Below, in pieces: positions 20,267 through 29,059 of a DNA stretch of 64,000 nt (its first letter is position 1; every line of letters starts with the position of its first letter). The stretch is from Candidatus Latescibacterota bacterium (GTDB lineage Bacteria; Krumholzibacteriota; Krumholzibacteriia; WVZY01; JAKEHA01): positions 2,112,001 to 2,176,000 of the forward strand of contig OY970173.1 in the NCBI GenBank assembly GCA_963707635.1, given 5' to 3'. Made by a program: the position numbers and the translations under genes. Below the pieces are notes generated by a model. The model saw nothing but the letters and a program-made list of their open reading frames with translations. It did not search any database and was not told the DNA's origin.

Positions 20267-21796
20267 CTACCTGGGAGCCCCCAGCAGGCGCGCGAGACGC
20301 CCCGCCATGGGGACCGGAATGGAGGCGACGACGTCGAGCTCCTCGGGGGTGAACAGACGCGCGGCGCGGTACGCCGCCGCCACCGCCACCACCGCCGCCG
20401 CGGTCGCGGCGGCCAGCCCCACGCTTCCCTCCACGCGCCACAGCACGGGCACCGCCACGAGAACCGCCGCCGAGGCGAGAAAGCAGCGGCCGATGAAACG
20501 AAACGGAATCGAAATCTCCGGCACGAAACGCCGAACGGCGATGAAATACGCGATGGGCTGCGCGGCGATCGCGATCGCCACCGGAATCATCGCTCCCGGC
20601 ACGCCGTACTTCGGTATCAACACCAGATCCAGACCTATATTGATGATGGCGAGGAACAGGTAGATTAGCAGATTGACGTGGGTTTTTTCCAGAACGTAGA
20701 GCGCCATCGACAGGGGGGTGGACACGAAAGACACCGTGAAGATGGCGAAGAACAACTGCGTCGGGAGCGCGGCAGCGCGCATGCCGTCGCCGAACATATC
20801 CACCACCACCCGCCCGCCCAGCACGATGCCTCCCGCGCACAGCGGCGCGCACAGCAGGAACAACAGCCGATAGTAGCGCTCGACCACGCCGCGCAGGCGG
20901 GCGGGATCGCGCGAATACGCTTCCGACATCCCGGCCATCACCAGCGGCCACACCGTGCCCGGAACGAATTCGAGGATGGTCTGCGGCAGCCGGTACGCGA
21001 GGTCGAAGAACCCCGCCTCCGCCGCGGTTCGAAAGTGCCCCAGTAACAACGTCTCCGACTGGCGCCACACCACCAGGTTCAGCACGCCGATGGCGGCGAA
21101 CGGGAGCGAGTACTTCCAGAGCCGCGCGCGTGTGACCTCCGCTTCCGTGTCGCGCGCGGGAAATGCCGTCGCGCTGCCGAGCCGGCCGACGATCATGGCG
21201 CACGCCACCGCGTTTCCGAGCGCGCCGGCGGCGAGTACCCCGACGACTCCCCACCCCATCGGAATCGCGACCGCGACGGCGGCGGTGTAGACGACGTGGC
21301 TGGCCAGCGCGGCCGCGCTCAGGCGCGCGGTGTCGTAGCTCGAGTTGAGCACGTGGGCGGCGACGGTGAAGAGGATTTCGAACAGGGCGAGGGCCACGGC
21401 GGCCGCGACGTACACCCCGACGCCGTCGCCGTGGAATACGCGCTCGGCCGCGCCCCGGAAGACGAAGGCGCCCGCGGCCAGCCCCAACCAGGTGAGCGCG
21501 TGGATGGCGACGACGCGCCGCACGAGCCGCCGGGCGGCAACCGCCGACCCGCTCACCCGCAGCACCGGGAGGAACTTCAGCAGCGCCTGGCCCGTGCCCA
21601 GCCCGGCGAAGAGGACCGCGAACATCAGGATCGAGCGCACGACGCTGAGCACGCCGTAGTCGTGGTCGCCGAGCCCGCGAACCACGATCACGCTGCTCGC
21701 GAATCCCAGCACGAAACGGGCCGCGCGCGACGCGACCGTCCACGCCATCGCCCGGCCGATGCGCTGGGTGGTGCCCCCTGCTTCAGCGTGACTCAT
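20267..21796 (-). CDS. wzx: Wzx-type oligosaccharide flippase (MOP superfamily)
   Basis: ~12-14 TM helices, RGLGDHDYG, AGFFDLAYRL, LIPKYGVPGA. Confidence 0.85.
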   Translation of the reverse strand: MSHAEAGGTTQRIGRAMAWTVASRAARFVLGFASSVIVVRGLGDHDYGVLSVVRSILMFAVLFAGLGTGQALLKFLPVLRVSGSAVAARRLVRRVVAIHALTWLGLAAGAFVFRGAAERVFHGDGVGVYVAAAVALALFEILFTVAAHVLNSSYDTARLSAAALASHVVYTAAVAVAIPMGWGVVGVLAAGALGNAVACAMIVGRLGSATAFPARDTEAEVTRARLWKYSLPFAAIGVLNLVVWRQSETLLLGHFRTAAEAGFFDLAYRLPQTILEFVPGTVWPLVMAGMSEAYSRDPARLRGVVERYYRLLFLLCAPLCAGGIVLGGRVVVDMFGDGMRAAALPTQLFFAIFTVSFVSTPLSMALYVLEKTHVNLLIYLFLAIINIGLDLVLIPKYGVPGAMIPVAIAIAAQPIAYFIAVRRFVPEISIPFRFIGRCFLASAAVLVAVPVLWRVEGSVGLAAATAAAVVAVAAAYRAARLFTPEELDVVASIPVPMAGRLARLLGAPR

Positions 21797-22907
21797 CCAG
21801 CACCCGTTGCAAGTACGCCTTGAAGCCGAGGATCGACGCCGGCACCGTGTTCGACGCGGTCGACATGAAGCACCCGCGCGAATACCGGTCCTCGGGGTGG
21901 TAGCCGTGCATGGCCGCGATGGGTCGCGCCCCCATGAAGCTGGGCACGATCAGCACGCCCGCGTCGGCGAGGAAGATGCTGCGGCCGTACTCGCGCTCGG
22001 GAAACAGGCAGCCGAGCGACGCGAGCTCGGAGTCGTCCAGGCGCCGCCCGAGCCCGCCGAAGGCCTCGGCCACCGCCCCATCCACGTCGGCATCGCCCCA
22101 CACCCGCGCCATGGTCGAGTCGAAAAACGCGAGGTAGTCGCGCCCCAGTGCCAGCCCACGACGCGTGAGTGTGCCCCAGACGTCGACGGTGCGCGTAACC
22201 GCCGTCATGCCGTGGTCGCTCAAGAGCACAATCGAAAGCTCTACGTCGCGCGCGCGCGCCTGCGCCCGCGCGTCCGCCAGGAAGCCCTCGTAACGGGCCA
22301 GCTTCGCCCGCACTGCCTCGTGAACGATGCCGACGCGATGCATGAGCGCGTCCAGCTCCGCCGTGTAGACGAACAGGACCTCGGCGTCGCCGCCCAGCGC
22401 CGCGACCGCGTCGCGGAAGTTGTCCTCCTCGGGCGTCCGGTAGTACCACGCCCGATAGTGAATGCCCCGCGCGCGCATCCAGTCGAACACGGACTCGCAC
22501 CCGAGCCCCCCGGGCTCGAACGGGTCGGTACGCTGCGCGACGTCGAAGCGATGCAGCAGGTGCACGGGTATGTCATAGAGATCGTAGTACGATCGCACGC
22601 CCCCGCGCCGGTCGACCCAGCGGCGCACCCAGCGGCGCGCGCGCCAATCGACGGCGTGCGGCAGGCGCGGCACCCCGCGCAGGAACGCGAAGGTACCGCC
22701 CGCGCGGGCAGCGCGAAACATGGAAAACACGCCGTGCTCGCGCGGCTCCGCCCCGGTAAGCAGACTCGGAATGGCGGTGGAGCTGTACCCGAGCACGGTA
22801 CCGAGCGACGAGCGCCGCGCGAAGGTGCGGTTCCCGAAGCCGTAGTACTCCGCGATCTCCCAACCGAGCGCGTCCACCAGAAATACCAACGTCACGCGGC
22901 GCGCCAT
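21783..22907 (-). CDS. Alkaline-phosphatase-superfamily protein (nucleotide pyrophosphatase/phosphodiesterase-like), no signal peptide
   Basis: FLVDALG, GYSSTAIPSLLTG..P..HG, ELDALMH, LSDHGM and MHGY metal/nucleophile motifs. Confidence 0.82.
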   Translation of the reverse strand: MARRVTLVFLVDALGWEIAEYYGFGNRTFARRSSLGTVLGYSSTAIPSLLTGAEPREHGVFSMFRAARAGGTFAFLRGVPRLPHAVDWRARRWVRRWVDRRGGVRSYYDLYDIPVHLLHRFDVAQRTDPFEPGGLGCESVFDWMRARGIHYRAWYYRTPEEDNFRDAVAALGGDAEVLFVYTAELDALMHRVGIVHEAVRAKLARYEGFLADARAQARARDVELSIVLLSDHGMTAVTRTVDVWGTLTRRGLALGRDYLAFFDSTMARVWGDADVDGAVAEAFGGLGRRLDDSELASLGCLFPEREYGRSIFLADAGVLIVPSFMGARPIAAMHGYHPEDRYSRGCFMSTASNTVPASILGFKAYLQRVLDESR

Positions 22908-22918
22908 CCCGGACTCCC

Positions 22919-24064
22919 TCACGAAATCGCCCGGTGCGCGGCCGCTGTCCGGCGCGCCACCGAGCCGTCGGCGAAGCCGAGCACGGTCGTCAGGCGCTCC
23001 ACGTAACGCTCGAGTGCCGCCAGGCCCGGGGCGGAGCCCGGTTCGGCGCGCCGCAACTCCGCCACGAGCGGATGGGTTCGCAGCGCGACGCGCGGCGAGA
23101 AGGAGGCGAACCGGAGTCCGCGCACGGCGCTTTGCGCCCGCGAGACGCCGCTCGCGTGCCGCAGCCGAACGAATTCGCGATAGTTGCCCCAGCGACGCCC
23201 TTGCCCGCAGCGCCGGTTGACCTGGGCCACCACGTCTCCCCCGGCGCCGAGGACACGGGCGGCGAGGGCTCGCCACGCGTCCGCGGCCAGCATGACCGCG
23301 CGGGCCACCTCGGCGGACCCACCCCCCGCCCCCACGTATCCATCCAGCCGGCCGTAATCCGCAAACGCCGCTTCGATGTCGGCGCGCGCGCGCGCCGACA
23401 TCGCAGCGGGCGTGCGGGCGCGAATCGCATCTACGCGACCCTGGACGGAGGACGCGTAGCCGCCTTCCGCAATCAGGTGAGCGGCAGCGATGTCGAGGCG
23501 CGCCTTGAGCGCCTGGACCCTCGCGAACCGTTCCTGGGCCGGGTCGGCCGGCGTCGCCAGCCACGACAGCTCCGCGATCCGATTCTCGAGCAGATAGAGC
23601 GCCTCGGCGGGCGCGATCCTGCGCGCTTCCAGCGGCGCGAGCGCGTCGAGCAGCGTGCGGTCCCCGAACAACCAGAACGACTCCCGGGCGAGGCCCGCGG
23701 TCCCCGGCCGCGCGGGCTGGGCCACGAGGTCCTCGAGCGTGTACACGCCGACGTCCGCCCCGCGCAGGAATCGCGCGCCAACTCCTGCGGCAGGCAGACG
23801 CTCGCTCGCCGCGCTGGCCTGTGCGCGCACCGGCGCCATGGCGCCCGGGCCGGACACCACCAGGTAGACATCGAGATCGGAGTAGATTTCCCAGTCCCCA
23901 TCCACGCGAGCGGCCCACACGTCGCCGCGCGCCGCGCTGCCGCCGAGAAACACCGCGCGAACACTGCCCGCCGGCACCGCCGAGAGAATGTCGGCGCACA
24001 GCGCGTGCGCGCGCGCGCGCAGGAGCTCGATCGGGGAGTCGTTGAGAGTCGAAGACTGCTGCAC
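22919..24064 (-). CDS. Pol-beta-superfamily nucleotidyltransferase-domain protein with a helical C-terminal region
   Basis: VFLGGSAARGD...YSDLDVYLVV (hGS-X-DxD), with a third acidic residue in ADVGVY. Confidence 0.7.
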   Translation of the reverse strand: MQQSSTLNDSPIELLRARAHALCADILSAVPAGSVRAVFLGGSAARGDVWAARVDGDWEIYSDLDVYLVVSGPGAMAPVRAQASAASERLPAAGVGARFLRGADVGVYTLEDLVAQPARPGTAGLARESFWLFGDRTLLDALAPLEARRIAPAEALYLLENRIAELSWLATPADPAQERFARVQALKARLDIAAAHLIAEGGYASSVQGRVDAIRARTPAAMSARARADIEAAFADYGRLDGYVGAGGGSAEVARAVMLAADAWRALAARVLGAGGDVVAQVNRRCGQGRRWGNYREFVRLRHASGVSRAQSAVRGLRFASFSPRVALRTHPLVAELRRAEPGSAPGLAALERYVERLTTVLGFADGSVARRTAAAHRAIS

Positions 24065-24083
24065 GGCGCAAGTACCGCCGGGG

Positions 24084-24926
24084 CTACAGCCGTCGATAGA
24101 TGAAGGCGGGGATGTAGTAGCGCTTGCGGTTCAGCACTACACCGACGACGCGACCCTTGAACTGCTCGACCTGTTTCACGGAGCGCTCGACGGTCTCGCG
24201 CTTGGTCCGGCCGCAATGCACGACCAGCGCCACCCCGTCGGCGAGGGGAGTGATCGGCGGCGTCTCCGGGCAGGCCACGATCGGCGGGGCGTCCACGATC
24301 ACCGCGTCGTAGGTCCGAAGCGCATCCGCGAACAGGCGCGGCAGCAATCGCTCGAGGTTGATCTGGATCAGGGTCGGGTCGGCGCGCCCGACGTGTAAAA
24401 TGTCGAAGTCCTCGCCAGCGGGGCGCTGCACGAGTGAATCGAGCGGTGCTGCGTGCTCGAAGTAGTCGGTGACGCCTTCCGGCCGCGGCAGCGCGAACGT
24501 CCTGGCCAGCGACGGGGTCCGCGCGTTGAGCTCCACCAACAGGACCCGCGCCGCCCCATGCATCGCGAGCAGACGACTGTAGCCGACCGCGAGCGTCGTC
24601 ACCCCTTCGCCGTGCATCGCCGACGTGAAGACAAGCACGCGCTTCGCGCCGCGTTCGAGGCGCGTCTCGAGCGAATTGCGCAGGATCCCGAGCTCGCGCA
24701 GGAGCTCGCCGGGAAACGGATCCGACCCGTTCACCGACGGCGCCTGCGCGGGCGCCTCCGCGGCCACGTCGGCGTCGGGACGCGCCCGCACTGGCGCGTC
24801 GGCGCGGCGGAAGTCGGGCCGCGCGGGCGCGGGGTCCGCGAGCACCTCGCGTACGGTGTCCACGGACTCGTGCTGCCGGCGCCTTTCCGCCTCCGCGCGC
24901 CGCAATGCGTCGAACATCTTGCTCAA
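24084..24926 (-). CDS. CpsD/CapB-family BY-kinase-like protein (degenerate Walker A)
   Basis: TTG start overlapping the ATPase stop, MSKMFDALRRAE, FTSAMHGEGVTT, LLVELNARTP, IVDAPP, GVVLN. Confidence 0.8.
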   Translation of the reverse strand: MSKMFDALRRAEAERRRQHESVDTVREVLADPAPARPDFRRADAPVRARPDADVAAEAPAQAPSVNGSDPFPGELLRELGILRNSLETRLERGAKRVLVFTSAMHGEGVTTLAVGYSRLLAMHGAARVLLVELNARTPSLARTFALPRPEGVTDYFEHAAPLDSLVQRPAGEDFDILHVGRADPTLIQINLERLLPRLFADALRTYDAVIVDAPPIVACPETPPITPLADGVALVVHCGRTKRETVERSVKQVEQFKGRVVGVVLNRKRYYIPAFIYRRL

Positions 24927-25783
24927 TGCGCGGCGCCTCCCCCGGCCGCCCGCCGGTTCGGAACGTCGTGCCCGCCGGTGACCCCGAGCTCCTGCGCGCT
25001 CGCGAACACCAGGTCGGATTCGATCGCGCGTGCCTTCTGCAGGTAACCGCGCACGAGGATGCGGTCGCACAGCATGTTGATCAGGCGCGGCGTGCCCGCC
25101 GAGTACTCGAAGATCCCGTCGATCGCCTCTTCGGAGAACACCAGCTGACCGTTCGTCAGCCCCGCGACCGCGAGGCGGTAGCGCACGTATCGGTACACTT
25201 CGTCCCGCGACAGCAGCTTCATGTGGCAGACGCCGGAAATGCGCTGGCGGAGCTGGCGCAGGTCGTCGCGCTGGAGCAGGTGCCAGAGTTCGGGCTGACC
25301 CACCAGCACGATCTGGATGAGCTTCTGCTGATTCGTCTCCAGGTTCGAGAGCATGCGCAGCTCTTCGAGCACGTCGGGCGAGAGGTTCTGCGCCTCGTCG
25401 ATGACGAGCACCGGGTTCTGATTCTCGGCGTAGCGCTTGATCAGGAACTCGTTGAGTTGCGCGAGCATTGCCACCTTGAGGTCGCTCTTGATCTCGACGC
25501 CGAAGTCGGTGAGGAGCATGTAGAGCATTTCGCGGAAATCGACTTTGGTGTTGATGACGAACGAGACTTCCAGACAGGGGTGGAACGTCTGCACGAACGC
25601 GCGCACCACCGTGGTCTTCCCCACCCCGACCTCGCCGGTCAGGGCCAGGAAGCCCTTCTTGAGGAATATCCCGTGCGCCAGGTACGCCAGCGCCTCGCGG
25701 TGCGCGCGGCTCTTGTAGAGGTAGCGCGGATCCGGGGTGGTCCCGAACGGGTTTTCGCGCAGGCCGTAGAACGCCTCGTACAT
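24923..25783 (-). CDS. ExeA-like AAA ATPase (type associated with PEP-CTERM/EPS loci)
   Basis: MYEAFYGLRENPF..TPDP, GEVGVGKTT, IDEAQNL, LVGQPEL, GTPRLIN. Confidence 0.9.
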   Translation of the reverse strand: MYEAFYGLRENPFGTTPDPRYLYKSRAHREALAYLAHGIFLKKGFLALTGEVGVGKTTVVRAFVQTFHPCLEVSFVINTKVDFREMLYMLLTDFGVEIKSDLKVAMLAQLNEFLIKRYAENQNPVLVIDEAQNLSPDVLEELRMLSNLETNQQKLIQIVLVGQPELWHLLQRDDLRQLRQRISGVCHMKLLSRDEVYRYVRYRLAVAGLTNGQLVFSEEAIDGIFEYSAGTPRLINMLCDRILVRGYLQKARAIESDLVFASAQELGVTGGHDVPNRRAAGGGAAH

Positions 25784-25784
25784 G

Positions 25785-27185
25785 CTACCCACCCCCACCC
25801 GCAGCCGTGCGCTTGCGGCCGCCGGTCTCGCTGACCACCGCCAGCACCGTCACTCCCAGGAACTCCTCTGCTTCCGCCCGGCTCTTGACCGAGTGATCCA
25901 TGCTCTCCAGGAAGAACGCGATGCCCAGGCCCACGATGATGCTGAGCAGCGGGCCCAGCGCGAGGCGGATATAGTCGCGCGTCTTCTTACTGTACGGGGC
26001 GCTCGCGTGCTGGAGGATCGCCACGTCCTGCTCGGGGCTTCCGGCTTGGGCGATCTCGGACTCGCTCTGACGGTTCTGCAGCAGCTCGATTCTACGAGCG
26101 AGATTCTTGATGGTCTCGTCGAACTCGGTGAGCTGGCGCTCGCGGTTGGGGATCGCGTCCAGTTCGGCGCGGGCGGTATTCAGCTCCTCTAGAACCGCCG
26201 CGAGGCGCGCCTCCATTTCGCTCAACGACACCTTCTCCACCAGATAGGCGTTCTCAACCTGTCGTTTCAGGTCGGCGTGCAGGTCGGCGATCTGCTGATT
26301 CACCGCCAGCAGTTCCGGGTGCTTGTCGGTATATTTCTGCATCAGGTCTTCCCGTTGCAGGTTCAGCTGTTGCAGCGAAAACTTGATGTTCTGGACGACG
26401 GCGGATTGCAGCACGTGCTGCGATACCGAAAAAGCGAGCTCGCTTTCCAGCTCCGGCCCGCTCCGCTTGCTCAGCTGTTCGAGATTCGCGACGCGAAGCC
26501 GCTGGGAGGACACGTCGCCGTTCAATTGCGAGACCCGCGCCTCGAGCGTTCCGATCTTGCTCAGGAGAAAACGGCTGGTCTCATCGGTGCCGAAGAACTT
26601 CTCCCGGTTCATGAATTCGTTGCGCCGCGCGCGCCACAGTTCGAGCTGGGCGCGCGTGTCGGCCAGCTCCGCCACGAAAAAGTCACTCAGCGCGGGCGGG
26701 CTCTTGCGTTCGCGATAGTACTCCTGGAAGGCCTGGGTCACGACGTTGCACCCGAGCGTGCACACCTCGCGCCGAACGTCGGCGTAACTGATGACGAATG
26801 CGTTCGACTCCCCGATCACGTCGGCGCGTACCGCCACCGCGTTGAACGTCCAGTCCGCCGGCAGGCCGCGATCCTTCACGGAATCCGCGAACGCGACTCG
26901 CGCGCGGCTGAAGACGTCGTCGGAGAGGATGACCTGGATCTCCGAGGCCACCTCTTCCGCCCACCCCAGGGTCCGTATGGCCGGACTCAACAGGCTCGTC
27001 TGTTCGCCGCGGCGCACGAGGACACGGGAGCTGGATTCCCAGAGAGCGGGTCTCCGCGCGTCGAGGATGACCACCAGCACGCTCGCGAACGCGAACACGG
27101 ACAGGATGACCCACTTGCGCCGGAAGACGACGTCGAGAAAGTCGCGGAGACTGGTTTCCTGGCGATTCTGAAGCTTATCTGGCAT
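25785..27185 (-). CDS. Wzz/GumC polysaccharide co-polymerase (no fused kinase)
   Basis: SLRDFLDVVFRRKW, N- and C-terminal TM helices, coiled coil, KYTDKHPE, LESMDHSV. Confidence 0.88.
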   Translation of the reverse strand: MPDKLQNRQETSLRDFLDVVFRRKWVILSVFAFASVLVVILDARRPALWESSSRVLVRRGEQTSLLSPAIRTLGWAEEVASEIQVILSDDVFSRARVAFADSVKDRGLPADWTFNAVAVRADVIGESNAFVISYADVRREVCTLGCNVVTQAFQEYYRERKSPPALSDFFVAELADTRAQLELWRARRNEFMNREKFFGTDETSRFLLSKIGTLEARVSQLNGDVSSQRLRVANLEQLSKRSGPELESELAFSVSQHVLQSAVVQNIKFSLQQLNLQREDLMQKYTDKHPELLAVNQQIADLHADLKRQVENAYLVEKVSLSEMEARLAAVLEELNTARAELDAIPNRERQLTEFDETIKNLARRIELLQNRQSESEIAQAGSPEQDVAILQHASAPYSKKTRDYIRLALGPLLSIIVGLGIAFFLESMDHSVKSRAEAEEFLGVTVLAVVSETGGRKRTAAGGGG

Positions 27186-28053
27186 TGATCTGGGTGGGGT
27201 TGTTGGCCCGGAAATACTCATAGCTCGACGACAGGTTGGCGATCTGCCAGCCCTTGAAGACCGCGTCCAGCGGGACCGTAATGATCTTCCCCACCTGCTC
27301 CATGAAATCCGCCGCCGAATAGATGGGGTGCTGCGGCACGAACACGATGTCGTAGTTGCGCAGCCGCAAGTCGTTCTGCATCGTCGAACCGTCCATGACC
27401 GCCTGCAGGTCGACTTCGACCCCGACGATCTTGGAGACCGCCTGGCGCCGGATCAGAATCACGTGTCCCGGGAGCGCTCCCTTCCTGAATCCGCCGGCCG
27501 ACGCGATCGACTGCAGCATGGTGATGTCGTCGTCGAACTGCACCTGGCCCGGGACCTGTACTTCGCCGAGCACATACGCCCTCTGCGGGGCGGGCTTCTT
27601 CACGATTACGGCGAGACTCGGGTCGCGGAGGATTTCGCTGAAGCGAACCTCGAGCAGCGAATCGAGCTCCATGGGCGTGATGCCGGCCGCCATGTGGTCG
27701 CCCACGTACGGGAGCGAGATGCGCCCGTCGCGGCGTATCACCAGGTCCCGCGTGGTCAAGTTGCTGTGGTAGAGGAACACGATCTCGAGCAGGTCGCCGA
27801 CGCCCATCACGTACTCGGGATCCAGCAGCGGCTGGATCGTCTGGCGGGTTTCGGCGTCGAACACCGCCAGGGAATCGCTGTCGTACCAGCCCTGGGAGCG
27901 ATCCGCCCCCTTGGCACCGGACGCGCAACCCGTGGCCACCATCGGCAACGCTGCCGCCAAACCCAGCGCGCACGCGAGCGATGTGTGGGCCTGCGCCCGA
28001 CGACCCGTGAGCCGCTTGCCCCAGCTCACGCCACTAAAGAAAACGCAACTCAT
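27175..28053 (-). CDS. wza: Wza-like polysaccharide export lipoprotein
   Basis: GAGGAG RBS, lipobox VATGC, YVMGVGD, RRDGRISLPYVG, VLGEV..PG, SLBB domain. Confidence 0.88.
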   Translation of the reverse strand: MSCVFFSGVSWGKRLTGRRAQAHTSLACALGLAAALPMVATGCASGAKGADRSQGWYDSDSLAVFDAETRQTIQPLLDPEYVMGVGDLLEIVFLYHSNLTTRDLVIRRDGRISLPYVGDHMAAGITPMELDSLLEVRFSEILRDPSLAVIVKKPAPQRAYVLGEVQVPGQVQFDDDITMLQSIASAGGFRKGALPGHVILIRRQAVSKIVGVEVDLQAVMDGSTMQNDLRLRNYDIVFVPQHPIYSAADFMEQVGKIITVPLDAVFKGWQIANLSSSYEYFRANNPTQINAR

Positions 28054-28102
28054 TAACTCCTCGACGATTATGAAAAGCCTGATGGGCGTTTGGATTACAA
28101 GC

Positions 28103-28117
28103 GCAAGGCGCATGCCA
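28103..28117 (-). promoter_or_regulatory. sigma54 (-24/-12) promoter candidate upstream of wza
   Basis: TGGCATGCGCCTTGC matches TGGCAC-N5-TTGC, ~50 nt before the ATG. Confidence 0.7.
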
Positions 28118-28132
28118 CCAACAGGAGCCGCA

Positions 28133-28828
28133 TCAGTATGCTCCACGCCTTGCCATCACGGCAGGAATCGTCTTCACAAAGATGAGGAAATCGGTCCGCA
28201 AACTCCGGGTGCGCAGATACTCCATGTCCAGCCTCATCCACTCGTCGAACCCGATCTGGCTGCGGCCCGAGATCTGCCACAGGCAGGTGATCCCGGGCTT
28301 GACCTCCAGGCGGCGACGGTGACTCGGGAGATAGCGCGACACTTCCGCCGGCAGCGGCGGCCGCGGACCCACGATACTCATGTCACCCTTGAGAACATTC
28401 AACACTTGCGGGACCTCGTCCATGCTGGAGCGCCGCAGGAAACGCCCCACCGACGTCACCCGCGGGTCCAGCCGCATCTTGAATACGGGGCCGTCCTGTT
28501 CGTTGCGGCCCTCGAGCTCTTTCTGTCTGCGATCCGACTCCACGTACATCGAGCGGAACTTGTAGAACTTGAACGGCCGGCCCCCCTCGCCAATGCGGTC
28601 CTGGCGGTAGAACACCGGCCCCGAGCTGTCGAGCCGGATGATCAGCGCGATCAACGGGACGACGGGAGCGAGCAGAATGAGGATGAGAAAACCGACGATC
28701 AGGTCGAAGATTCGCTTGGCGGCCACGTACCCCGGGGGCACGCGCAACTCGACGCCGTCAAATTCCGACACTCGCGTGCCCTCAAACCCACGAGTTCCTC
28801 TGGACTCCACTTGCACGAGGTGCTCCAT
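28133..28828 (-). CDS. Phosphoglycosyl transferase (Bac_transf, short form)
   Basis: [42 protein letters not shown]. Confidence 0.92.
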   Translation of the reverse strand: MEHLVQVESRGTRGFEGTRVSEFDGVELRVPPGYVAAKRIFDLIVGFLILILLAPVVPLIALIIRLDSSGPVFYRQDRIGEGGRPFKFYKFRSMYVESDRRQKELEGRNEQDGPVFKMRLDPRVTSVGRFLRRSSMDEVPQVLNVLKGDMSIVGPRPPLPAEVSRYLPSHRRRLEVKPGITCLWQISGRSQIGFDEWMRLDMEYLRTRSLRTDFLIFVKTIPAVMARRGAY

Positions 28829-28868
28829 CACGCGGCTGCGGCTCGGCTCGGCGTGGGACGTCGGGAGT

Positions 28869-28907
28869 AAAAAAATAACCGCAGGGGGAAAACCACCCAC
28901 GCGGTTA
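28869..28907 (-). terminator. Intrinsic terminator (possible attenuator) 40 nt upstream of the PGT gene
   Basis: TAACCGC-gtgggtggttttccccct-GCGGTTA followed by TTTTTTT. Confidence 0.75.
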
Positions 28908-29030
28908 CACGCCCCCGAACTGGCCTGACTAACGCTCACCCGCGCGCGCCGGGGCGCGCAGGACTGTGTCTTGAACTGACAACGAGAACCGTTAACAGAC
29001 GAGTCCGGATGAACCTCCTGAAACGCGCAT

Positions 29031-29059
29031 ATAGTATCAAGTTGTGAGCGTGCTGTCAA
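29031..29059 (-). promoter_or_regulatory. Near-consensus sigma70 promoter
   Basis: TTGACA-N17-TACTAT with an extended TG, overlapping the end of the O-antigen ligase/polymerase gene. Confidence 0.75.

Noticed and set aside
22919..24064. Nucleotidyltransferase as an MNT-HEPN toxin-antitoxin or CBASS cyclase
   Set aside because: No separate HEPN RX4-6H toxin, Cap effector or other defence gene is adjacent, and it is embedded in the EPS operon.
28861..28935. Plus-strand GGGGGAAAACC...CCCG...CTAAC resembling a c-di-AMP (ydaO) riboswitch
   Set aside because: Wrong strand for the downstream genes, and other conserved ydaO elements are missing.
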